A stretch of 64,000 nucleotides of DNA from the human T2T-CHM13v2.0 reference genome, Homo sapiens. The stretch lies in assembly GCF_009914755.1 (NCBI RefSeq), contig NC_060947.1; one strand, 5' to 3'. Below, in pieces: positions 53,018 through 64,000 of the stretch; position 1 is the stretch's first letter, and every line of letters starts with the position of its first letter. Position numbers and translations under genes: made by a program. A model generated the notes under the pieces. That model was not told the origin of the DNA. It did no database searches and saw nothing but the letters and a program-made list of their open reading frames with translations.

Positions 53018-54559
53018 TGTATGAAAACCTAGATGTTCTACCTCAACATGTATCAGCTCAGCATGTTTTTAAAATTCTTCATAAAACAGGAACACATTTA
53101 TTCTGAGTATTCAAAGCACTAGGAACCATTTCCTGACAGAGATCTGATCCTAGGGGCTCAGTGAGACCAGTGCCATTGCTGAATTGTACAATCGTTTATT
53201 TTCTTTGTGGAGTTTTGCTTCTTGTGTCTCACAGGCAGCAGCTCTCATTGCAGAGCAGGTATCTCAGAGATTGAATGAAGTTAACCCTTTTCTGTCATTA
53301 CACCATTCTAAATATTTATTCGTCAAGCTTAATTCCTGTCTTCAAAATTGTACATCTCAGTGCTCCCAGTTTTCACTCACATACTCACCATATGCTTGTC
53401 TGTAATTATTATGGCTCATTGACTATTGGTATTTGCTGGATGCTTTCCTCTTATTTTGCTTAATTCCTATTTTTTAATCTTTAGTGCTTTTTGCCTATCT
53501 CTGCTTCCATAGTGTTTATTTTGAGCTCATAGCTTATTGGTTTCTCTTTTCATATGTCATTCAAATTTTTTTCTATAGGCCTCACAGAGTTCTTACACAA
53601 AGTTTAGTCATCGATATCCTTCAGAAAATTTGTCAATATTTGATTAAACATCCAAAAACCTAGATCGATTGTTTGTTTAAGTTAATGTCCAGAATTGCAT
53701 TCAATTCATATGAATAGTCACTACATATCAGTTCTGTGTTAATGAAAACATTTATACATTAATGGTCAATATTCCACATGATCACTTAATGAGCATTAGC
53801 TGAAGTGTGACCACAAAAACTAGCCCTAGCAACCCCTTGAGTAAAGACTCCAGAGTTTTATGTTGCTGTGCCATGATGATTCATTTGTATGAGTCATGTT
53901 TTCAGCAATATTTTTCTCCTTTGTCATTTCAAATTGTTGGTCAGCCTTTGTCACTGTGACTCATGGATTTTTACAAAACACAGAGAGATAGAATGGCTAA
54001 GGTCATTGGCTCTCCCTGTCCTTTGTAAAACCTCAATCTATTAAATGATCATTTTGCCTGTTCCACAGTTCACATGGGGATAGAGGGAGATAGGTTTTGA
54101 AGCAGAGAAGGGAAGAAAAAGAAAGAGATTAAAATTTCGGGCTGAGGTTGGAAAAGGACCACAGGTTGAGGGTCCTGGTGAGAGTAAGGGAACCTATATA
54201 TAGTTCAGAGGCTGTCCTCCAAGGAGATGACAACCTTCAGAGGGATGGCTTGTGATGAGCTCAGGGAATCTGGACAGGGGCTCCCAGACTCACCAAGTGA
54301 GTCACAAACATGTCTTAGAAACAGTGAAACTATCTGACCTGAAGAGACTCTGACCAAGCCTTAATAAAGGCTGAAATTGCATTTCCCGCCAGCCTGGTGG
54401 GCTGAAGCTTGGGTTTAAATTCTGGCTTAATTTTATTCAAGCGGGACAAAAAGTGAATATTTCTTGAATATCTGAGCTTAAAGAGTAAGATTCCTCCCTG
54501 CAACATATGGAAGTTAATCCAAAACTTCTAAGAATTCTCATGCTGTATGTGTCTACATC

Positions 54560-55230
54560 CAGGACTGATTACAATCCCTCTTAAACAAGTGGCTTCCAAG
54601 ACACCCATGCTTATCTGCATCAAGCCAGCAGGAAGAGGAAAAACATGGAGGATATCAAGTATATGGTCTGTATGTATCAGCTTGAAAATAGAACATATCA
54701 CTTCTGTTCATATCTCATTGTCTAGAACTCCATTGTATATCCAATAGAGCACCAACTACAAGGTAAGAAGTTATGCTCAGTGATATATCCTATTTATGTG
54801 TCTGGGAAGAAGAAGGCCCTAATTTGTAAAGAGATAGACAGTCTCTTTGGAATTTGTTCTTCTGCCACTATATATTCATTTTTCTTCCCTCATATGGAAC
54901 ACATTCACTTCCCTCCTCAAGCAACTGAAAGTCTATTTCACTCACTTCATCCAGGTGAACATCCAGGACCTCTGAGTGATGTGCACTCTTCTCCATATGA
55001 TCCAGATACACTTTGGTTATGTAATGATAAATCAGGGGCAGAATAAATGTCATAAAAACTTTTATTTAGAATAGAGAAGAATGAAAAACCCCTAGCAGCC
55101 ACCGATCTGTGGCAATTATGAAATCCTGCTGAGGTACAAGACATTTCTTGATTAGACCCTGAATCTCTATCTGGGAAAAATTCCCCGGTCCAGGTCTACT
55201 GATTGAATTTCCCAATCACTTTTCTTGCAG
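54560..55230 (-). mobile_element. MLT1 LTR plus MLT1-int-like fragment
   Basis: catatcacttctgttcatatctcattgtctagaact...tctgccac followed by cttccctcatatggaacacattcact. Confidence 0.5.
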
Positions 55231-55659
55231 AAACATACATCCATCATGCTAGTCTCTACAAAAAGGAATGAGAAATTGCACATATTTAGAGAGCAATTGG
55301 AGTGCATAATTTTTTTATATTTTTATGACTTTTTCCAACTTTCACAGTTCTCTTGTTCACGTCTAATTTAGCAGCAATTTATATTTGTGCAACTCACCTT
55401 GGGCATTTAAAAGTATTTAATTTTAATGTAAAGATCAGTTTATATTGGTACTCATTTTGTATGTGTAATATTTACCTAAAGTATAAAATTGCAATAACAA
55501 AATAGGCTTAAATAAAATTGTTATTTAACACAGTAGATTCTTGGTAAACATATAACTCAACCAGTCTAAGCTAAGAAAAGTAGGGCATTCTAGACAGGCA
55601 TTGTTCAATCTATGCTGGGAGACAGTTCAAGTGTTTAACAGAGAGAACGCAGGGTTTCA

Positions 55660-56270
55660 TGTAATCAGGAGTTGATAAGTAGACCTTAGCTAAGAGAATT
55701 TCTCCTTTACTTTATGGCCTTGGGGATTTTGCTAAGCCTACCTGAAGCCATTGGTTCTCATTATTTTATTTGTCTGTGTTTTGAAGTGCTTCAGTATATT
55801 GAAGAGATAGGGCTGGATGACCCACAGCAGAGTTGAAAAAAACAGATAGTTCTTGCAGGGCCTGAGACTATGAAGGAAACAACCAGGATCCTGAAGCATG
55901 GTGGATCCTGGAGACAACCAGGATCAGCTCATGAATTTGCAGCAATTTTCCAGGGATTTGGAAAGTGTTCAGGAGAGGCTGCATTTGAGCTACATGATGT
56001 CCAAGCTTGCCAAAGATTCCTATATTTTAAGCATGGCAAAGAAGCAGCAGAGAGTGGCATCAGGACCCTGAGCAACCCAAAAGTCACCATTACACCCAGG
56101 ATTTTTGGCCAACACTGGAGGCGGGGATGTCTGAAGAATGATTAGGGTTGAATATTTCACTGACCTTGTAGGTTTAGCACTTGGAGTACAGTTTGATTTG
56201 ATTTAAAGAAATAAACAACTGAATATTTCTTAAACAACTGAATTTTAGGTTGAGATTCATACCTGTTACA
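55660..56270 (+). mobile_element. Ancient LTR (MamGypLTR-like)
   Basis: TGTA start; aataaac...gagattcatacctgttaca end; family uncertain. Confidence 0.4.
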
Positions 56271-56777
56271 TAGGTAAGATTATCGTCTAGGCACAAAGAT
56301 TTGGAACGGCATGTTAAAGAGATACTTTTTCCAGGACAGCAAAACATGGTGGGTATCATATTAACAATTTTCAAAATGTTCATGTTGGAGGAAATATGAT
56401 TGGCAACAAAAATTTTAGGTAAAGGCAATGCAAGCACAAAAGCTAATGCAAGCACCATCAGTGCAGCATTGTATAGGAAAACAAAAGCTCGGTCATGTCA
56501 ACATGATCTTCCCAACAGTGAGGAGATGAATTTCTGATGACATTAAACATTTCAAACATTTTTACTCTTATTGCCTAATTCCATATTCAGCAATTGGCAT
56601 TCTGATATTTTGGTATATAGCATACCATGTCCACTGGGTGAAAATTGGTGTGTCAAGCTGGCTTCAGTATGTGATCTGCTTGACAGTCTTATTTCTTATT
56701 ATAAATTAGCTTTCCAGTTTTACATGATAGCTCTGTGAGCTTTAGATATGTCCTGGATACAGCCAGTTCTTTGGCAT

Positions 56778-57275
56778 TGTGGTAATTTAAAACAATGCAA
56801 ATTCTTTGACTTTCCTCTCTTCAAAAGGTGGGGCATGTGTCCCTTCCAGTTGAAACTGGGCAAGGTTTTGTCATTGCTTTGACAAAGAGAATGCAGTGGA
56901 AGTGATTCTGGTGGCCAATAAAAGGCTTCTGCCTATTTCTCCTGGGATGATCACTTTTGGATCCCTGAATACCAAGTAATAACTCTGGCTACCCTGAGGC
57001 CACCAGGATGGAGAGACCATATGGAGAGACCACGTGAAGAGGGCCTGAGACTACCTGTAGCGAGAGAAATGTCTCCTGCTACTCCAGATGTCACCTGCTG
57101 TTCTTGCTTTACTCACCAACCAATTGCAATCGTAGGAGACCCTGAGACAGAACCACCCAACAGAGCTTTCCCCCAATTCTTAGAGCACAGAAACTATAAG
57201 AGAAAATACGTGTATATTGTTGGTTGAAGACACTAAGTTTTCAGTTAGGTTGTTAGGCAGAAATAGATAACAAGA
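56778..57275 (+). mobile_element. MaLR LTR (MLT1G/H-like)
   Basis: tgtggtaatttaaaac...caaattctttgac...gaatgcagtggaagtga...ctaagttt...gcagaaatagataac. Confidence 0.7.
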
Positions 57276-57674
57276 AGAGGCACTGGGGAGTTTGGATTTC
57301 TGGGCCTACAATAAAGAGGGACAGAGGCTGGCCAATGATGAAACTGCCAAATCATTTCCATGGTGCAAGGCTTCCTGGTGGACTCCCAATCAGCCCTTTA
57401 GCTTCTGCCATTTAGCTGCACCCTTTTCATTTAAGACTTGACTCCAGCTAGAAATTCCTTATGGACAGTGTAATTATCTTCCATTGCTTTTTATCCTGTA
57501 TCTACATAATTTGATATTAGACACTCACAGGAGCCACATAATTAATGCTAACTGATCAATGAGAGGTCTCAAGAAAGTAACACCATGTAGTTTTGAAACC
57601 AGTGCCCACAGAATCCTTGACTTAATCAAAACTGTCAAGGAGAATTACATCACCATCAATCACATAATAGATAT

Positions 57675-57930
57675 TAATAGCTAATATTTATGGAGCAACT
57701 GAGCACTTGTGTGTCAAACATGGTTCCAAAAGCTTTCCATGCTTCTACACATTTAATCCTTATAATATCTCTATGAAGTAGGTTCCATTATTATCCCCAT
57801 TTTGCAGATGAGGAAACTGAGTCACAGAGCAGTGAGATTACCTAACTTTCCCTTGGTTACTCCTGAGTAAGAGGATGAAGTAGGAATGAAGCTCAAGCTG
57901 TGTGGGTCTAAAGCCTATTCTATTATTTAT
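57675..57930 (-). mobile_element. MIR
   Basis: attatccccattttgcagatgaggaaactgagtcacagag. Confidence 0.8.
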
Positions 57931-57994
57931 TACAGTTTACTGAATCTGAATAGACTCCTAGCTCTAAAATGAAATTATTGACAATTCTTTTTAA

Positions 57995-58220
57995 ATAGGT
58001 AATGTGGTAAAGAATAAAGAACATGAGTTTTGGAGGGTAGGTTTATGTCAGATCTGTCTTTTACTGGCTGTGTGACCTAAAACAGGTTACATAACTTCTC
58101 TGAACCTTCCTTTTTATGAAAGTCTGTAAAATGAAGATAATAATACCCACCTTTCAGGATTAAATTTGATAAAGCTTCTTAAGAGCCTTTCATGATGCCA
58201 GCACTGGTGGCTATTATTGT
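57995..58220 (+). mobile_element. MIR
   Basis: ttactggctgtgtgacct...aacttctctgaacct...tctgtaaaatgaagataataatacc. Confidence 0.75.
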
Positions 58221-60619
58221 TTAATCAACTAACTGGATGGCAGTCAATCTATAATTTTCTCTAGCCAATAGGGTAAACCGCAAGATGGAGTTATAAGCCA
58301 AAGGAAAGCATGACTGAAGTGGGCTTCAGTTGAGTTGAGATCTGCCCAAAGAATCATTCACTAGTCTACAGTGGAGTCATATCAACCATATATTCAACTT
58401 TTGAGAAGTTGGCTTGCCAAAATAACAGACAGGGAATCAATAATTTCAATGTATAGAAAACCTCAGCTATCTTAAGCCTAGGAGTCAGCATGAAATGGTG
58501 AATCTTCTTTCTAACAGTCTCTGTTTCAGGTAGCTCTGCCTGACTGACAGTTGGGAGCTTCTTGCCTCAATAAGTGTGGTTATAGCAAAGCTTTCTTTTT
58601 TGTCAAACATAAGCAAGTTATTTAATCTTCTTGTGCACATCTAATAAAGAGTAATATGTTCCAATATTGGGGGACAAACTAGCGTTGGACTCATTATAGT
58701 TACAACAGGAAACACCATGATGATCTCCAATGGGGATGTCTTCCCTCAGGAATTTTTAAGGGAAATATTTATTACAGTTGATTTTCATTTTATGAGCTTC
58801 TGTTGTGATGCCACCATATTTTTGACATGGTTAATTTATGTTTTGGGTTTGTTTTTTTTGACCCCTGCCTTTCTTGAAGAAACTTCAGTCATAAAGCCTT
58901 TGGGCCACGTATTGGAAAGCACGTTGGCATTCAAATACCTTCATGATAAAATACAAAATAAGTAAATCTGTTCCAAGATTGTTACTTTATATTTTTTCTC
59001 GTCTGCAAACATTTTCAAAGAAATTATCTTTTCACAGTGCTGCAAATTCTCCAGTAGTATCAACTGTATATGGGAATAAGTTGTTCTGGCTTTCTATTCA
59101 GAGTGTATATGGTTGACTATATTCCTGATTACCCTATTGTTTATTACTGCAAGCAATCTTATCTAAAAGAGAAAGGGGAGAGTTCATGTTCTCATAATTC
59201 AGTTTGTTGATGCCTGAGGTTTAGAACCATTCCAAGGGCACTGCTTGTCAGCTCTCTTTGAAATGTCCAAAACTCTTTCAATTGCTGTGTTTGTTTTCTG
59301 TGAAGTGAACAAACATATACAGATTCCCTTATATATTTAATGTTGATGTATTTGGTGCCTAATCTTGTTATATTATCAAGCAAACCATGGGCCAGGTAAC
59401 AAGGATCTAATGTACTTGCAATATCAATATTCATTCTATGGCTTATTTTTCTGAGTTATATAATCACATAATGAAGGTTCTTTAGTTTTAAGCAACAGAA
59501 ATAATCTCATTTTGCTGAGGTTAAACAGAATTTATGTGGAAAACTATCAGGAGCTAATACAGGCTAGGGTTTTGAAATGGGCCAGACTCAAGACTGTCTT
59601 CCAGGCTGGAAAACAGGATTCAGCAGTTGGGGCAGTCAGAACATCCCTCCTTTTCATCTTCCACCCCAAGAGGGAATAAAATTTCTATGATTGTTAGTCT
59701 TTATTCCTCTGCCTGAGATTTACACTGGTTCAGACTGGGTCAGGTGCTAACCCATTGGTTGAAGGAGGCAGAGCCTTTGTTCAGAGCTCACCAGACTGCA
59801 TTCAGTGTGGAAGAGGTAATTCCTCCAAAAATTGTTGAGTGCTTTTAAGAAGAGGAAATCGATGCTGGCTGGCCTAACCATACACACTTTTTCTCCAACC
59901 ATAATTTTTTTTTTCCACAGAAGACGTTTTCCTAAATTGCCATTTACTTAATTCCCCCAACCCTCCTCCTCAACATCATAACAGGCTAAGAGTTTCCTTC
60001 TGTTCCTCATTAGTTCAACTCTTGCTTGATGTAAATCTCCATCCTTGGAGAAAAGAAAGTGAAGTAAACATAGACCTGGGATTGACTTTCTGTGATTGAA
60101 GATCTTGGCGAAATGCAGAGAGCTGGAGTGGGGTGCTTCATTTCTCTTCAAGTCTACAATTCCTGCCTGATCTCCGTACCCAGATCTGTCAGTTTTTGAG
60201 TTTCTGCTAAAAAGGCCTGATGGGTGGAAAAGGGGATGGGCTAGACTAGACAAATGTCACTAGAGATCATGTTGTCAAAACTCAAAATTGAGACATCTGG
60301 TCTTAAAAGCACCTGATTAAATCTTATCACAAGATCTTCAAGGGCATTGTGCTCTTTGTTCTGGGAAGTAAAAATTGATGCTGAAATGAGTCAGAGCAGG
60401 GACCTCTGGAATTCAGAAGTGCCCAAGTCCCAGGTTAAAAAGCAAAGGTAGTCAACTAGCAAGACCCTTTGGTAAATCTGCTCCTGCTTTGTCAGAATTC
60501 TGGCAATTCTCTCTGGTAACTGCATGAGGGGCTGTAGAGTGATCAGTTCCCTGCTAAGGCCAGTTGAACTTGAAGGGAAGGCATTGGAATTGGCCACAGA
60601 GGTGACTGGTTGGTACTCT

Positions 60620-60865
60620 CATGTAAGTGGAATCATGCAGTATTTGTCTTTCTGTGACTATTTTATTTCATTAGCCTGACATCCTTAAGGTTCATCCATG
60701 TTGTCCCATATTTCAGCATGTCCCTCTTTTTTAAGGTTGAATAATATTCCATTGTATGTATGCACATTTTATTTATCCATTCATCTGTTGATGAACATTT
60801 AGGTTGTTTCTATATCTTGGCTAGTGTGAATAGAGCTACAAAGAACACAGAAGTGCTAATATCTC
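60620..60865 (-). mobile_element. L1MA/MB 3'UTR fragment
   Basis: catgtaagtggaatcatgcagtatttgtctttctgtg...gaataatattccattgtatgtat...catttaggttgtttc. Confidence 0.75.
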
Positions 60866-63800
60866 CTCACTCCAAAGACTCTGAGACCATATTAGAAGGC
60901 AGTTCTGAAGAGGACAGGTGTGACTCGTGTCTGGGAACCCTCAGGAAGGAGGCACTATAAAGGATCTGGAGGCTTACTTGAAAGTAAAATGCCAATGGCT
61001 GACATCCCTGTGGCCACTGGGGCACAAAAGAGGGGATAAGGAGAGGTAGGTTTCTGTGGAGTACTGGGATCAGGACATGTTGCACTCTTGGGCTATTTTT
61101 CAAAGGCATCTTCCCTCCCTAGTATAACCCCACACCAAGAGTTTTCTATTCTACTTCTTATTTCTTTTAGACTTAATTTATTTTACCTTGAATATTAAAA
61201 CACAAAATTTCAAAAAAATAAAAAGGCAGAACTAGCAGGTGGAGATCCTCTCTTAGGTAACTGGACTTTGACTGGGAGCTGAGGGGAATTACCACAGGGC
61301 CTCCTGGAGTGGAGGAAAACTGCCCCATATTGCCCACGGTGTCTTCTTGGACTGGAAGGAGGACATCTGAGAAAGCCTTAACCCCAGAGAGATTGCAGTC
61401 TTGAGCAGGTGAGGCTGAGGTCCCTGTTGAAAGGAAGCAAAGGTTTCCCACCTCTGACTGTTTTCAGCTTCTGCCCATCCGTGGCACTCTGAGGAAACTT
61501 GTAAAGCAATTTCACTGGGGTGCCTGGCAGCTGCCACTATTCTGAAAAGGAGCAGATGGCAGATTGTGTTGAAGAGTAATGGGGAATGATTCGTTACTTT
61601 ACACCCCATCCAAACACTCCACATTCTAAGGAGGGAAATATTCCTGAGACAGGTGCTCCAAACATAAACATGGAGGCAGGTTACAAATTTTTTGATGTTT
61701 TTTAACTTTTCTTTCATGATTTTCCAGTGACAAAGTTATCTTTGGTCTGATTGTCAGAGTAATTCAAATGATAAATTGTATTTACCTTTGAAGACGTATA
61801 ATCGGAGTTACCCTCCCTGTTCTCTTTTTATTAATGACAATAAAGCAATATGATATTAATATCTTCCTGATACATTAGTGAACAAACAAAAATTATAGAG
61901 GAAAGTATTTTTCTACTCATAGTACCTGCAATGTTATAAAACTTTAAAAAACAAAACTTAGAAAGTATTGTGGAGTAGAAGAAAATATTATCTTGGTTTG
62001 ACAGATAAAATAGTTTCCTAGAGAAAAGATTATTTGAAATGGCCTAGAAAAGTATACACAATTTTTAACTATTAAATGGAATTTTGGGAAGACAACACCT
62101 CCATTATGAGAAAAGATTCAAAAGAAAGAGAGTTCTTGTTTAGAAAAGAATGTTTCTTTTCTTTTCAAACATTAAAATGAAGACAACTGCAACAAATGTC
62201 ATGTGGTTGCAAATGTTTATTGATGTGTGTTTTGACTTTTTTTTTTTTATAAATGGGTTTATAGATCCCAAAGATGAGGCAGAATTTTTTCTGATGACTT
62301 GATGAGTTGTACATTTCCAGGGTTGGAGAAGAGACACCCTAAAATCCCTAAAAAACCACTGGAAGTCCTCCAATTTATATTTCAAATTGTTAAATGAAAA
62401 TATCTTCACAATAAAGTGAGGGGGCGAGTGCAGGGTGCCAGCAGCAGAGAGACAAATTTACTTCACCTTTGTCACATCTATGTTTTGAGGGAGAGATATA
62501 TTAACCAATGAAAGGCCTCTTCCAGGATTTTGCCCTTTCAGATTGGAGCAAATAGTCTAGCCTTGGGTATATTGATACATGCTAAGGAGGTGTTTGTTAA
62601 ATAAATAAGTGTCCTCTATGGAAAGGAACTGATGATAGTGAAAAGGCTATCAACACACCATGGTCAAAAGTATTCCATCTAAATGGCCTGGCACTAAGAT
62701 TTGTGTCTTTCACAGATTTGCCAGTAAACTGTTAACAAAGTGCACCTGCTGGTAAAACAAAACTGGTATAAAACAATTATCCAAATATTTTCAAACAAAT
62801 AGTCATTTCAACAGTTTTTTCAGATTTATTCAACCACCTGCTTCACTTTTTCCCTGGCGATAGTAAGAAGCTGGCAAAAATTGGAGGTTCACTACTGGGG
62901 GAAAAATAAAGAATAAGAAATTTAAAAGGAGAAATAATTTATATCTAGCCAAACCAAAGTCAAAATGCAATAGCTGAGGATTCTTGTTTAGGTGTAAAGC
63001 ATCACTATGTGGAGTACTTCGGAGTGAACCATCTCTACACCCATCAGATCTTAAGCTCCTTGATGGCCCATTATTTTGTACATTGTAGGGACAATGTACA
63101 AAGGATTTCATTTCAATCCTTATTTGGATTGAATTGAATGTTACTTGTGTTAATTACTTGCTGACCTAGAAGCTCTAGCCTGAACTTGCACAATCCCTAC
63201 CAAAATGTATTAGGATACATTTTGAGGACGTTAATGTCTGGTATAAATGATTAACAATCTGGGATTCAGTTTTATCACTTGTTACAATTTGTTTATATTT
63301 TTGGTACTATGAAGTTTTCTAACTAAAAGACTTCATGCGAACTATCAGCAGATGAGTTTACCAGGCTGCCTTACTTGCATCTTTAATTTCCATAAAATCA
63401 AAAAAGAAAAAAAACAAGTTTATAGGGGTCCTTCCAGTACACCATGACTCAAGTTTCCTAGTACCATCTAATTTGTAACTTTACCTTTCTCTGACATCAA
63501 CATCTTGATGGAATTAAAGACTAACGTTTTTCATAATTTAACTTGCCATCAGGATGCAATGAAACCAGAGCAGAAAAACAAATACACGGTGGCTTCAGAA
63601 CAGGAAGCTTTGTACATAACTCAAAGGAACTCAAGCAAAGAGAATGTAATTGCATGCTGAAATCAAAATGATTATTGATCTACAAATCCTTACCTATATA
63701 CAAAAAGAAAAAAATATTTTGAGGACAAAGGACACCCAATCTACCCAATTGTAACTTACTGGCCTTTTGTTGTCATGTGAATTAATTGATGAATAAGGAA

Positions 63801-64000
63801 AAGGCCCCTTTGGTTTTCTGTGCACCTGTGTGTGTGTATTCTTAGTGACTGATTTTAATTCAAATCATTATTCAATATAGTTTCAGATATCATAGGCTGA
63901 AAATTAATAGCCCTGTTTTCAGCTTCTTCCTAGTAAGAAATTCAGCCATTGCTTTTACCATTCATTAAAGTTTACTGATATTAAATAAGATTTTTAAAAA

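Noticed and set aside
57675-58220. Inverted MIR pair as a structured ncRNA or miRNA
   Set aside because: The copies are too diverged for stable pairing by eye, and no transcription evidence is available.
58000-64000. NR0B1 (DAX1) exons
   Set aside because: No nuclear-receptor ligand-binding-domain or DAX1 repeat coding sequence is seen on either strand in the window.

Overview
Human-type (primate) genomic DNA, recognisable as the X-linked MAGE-B cancer/testis cluster (Xp21.2, DSS region). From recall, NR0B1/DAX1 lies beyond the right end; it is not in this window. The first ~23.7 kb are tandem 7-9 kb gene units, each built as [MIR - array of ~210-bp promoter/first-exon modules - single coding exon - 3'UTR - L2]. 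They encode MAGEB3 (6278-7318), MAGEB4 (12487-13527) and MAGEB1 (20846-21889) on the + strand. The remaining ~40 kb is gene-poor and repeat-rich (MER11 solo LTR, full-length Tigger1, L1, L2, MIR, MaLR LTRs, Alus). The most interesting structures are: (1) the tail of a fourth, deleted MAGE-B gene fused to the MAGEB4 3'UTR, which supplies both a poly(A) signal for MAGEB4 and the 5'-most exon/splice donor of MAGEB1, making a MAGEB4-MAGEB1 read-through possible; (2) the decaying ~210-bp module arrays, in which duplications, Alu/L1 insertions and point changes created, destroyed or re-purposed promoters and splice sites; (3) a near-identical nested 1.3-kb/432-bp duplication upstream of MAGEB3; and (4) templated-insertion and 3'-transduction scars in the repeat region. 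No alignment tools were run: repeat subfamilies and most repeat boundaries are by eye and approximate.
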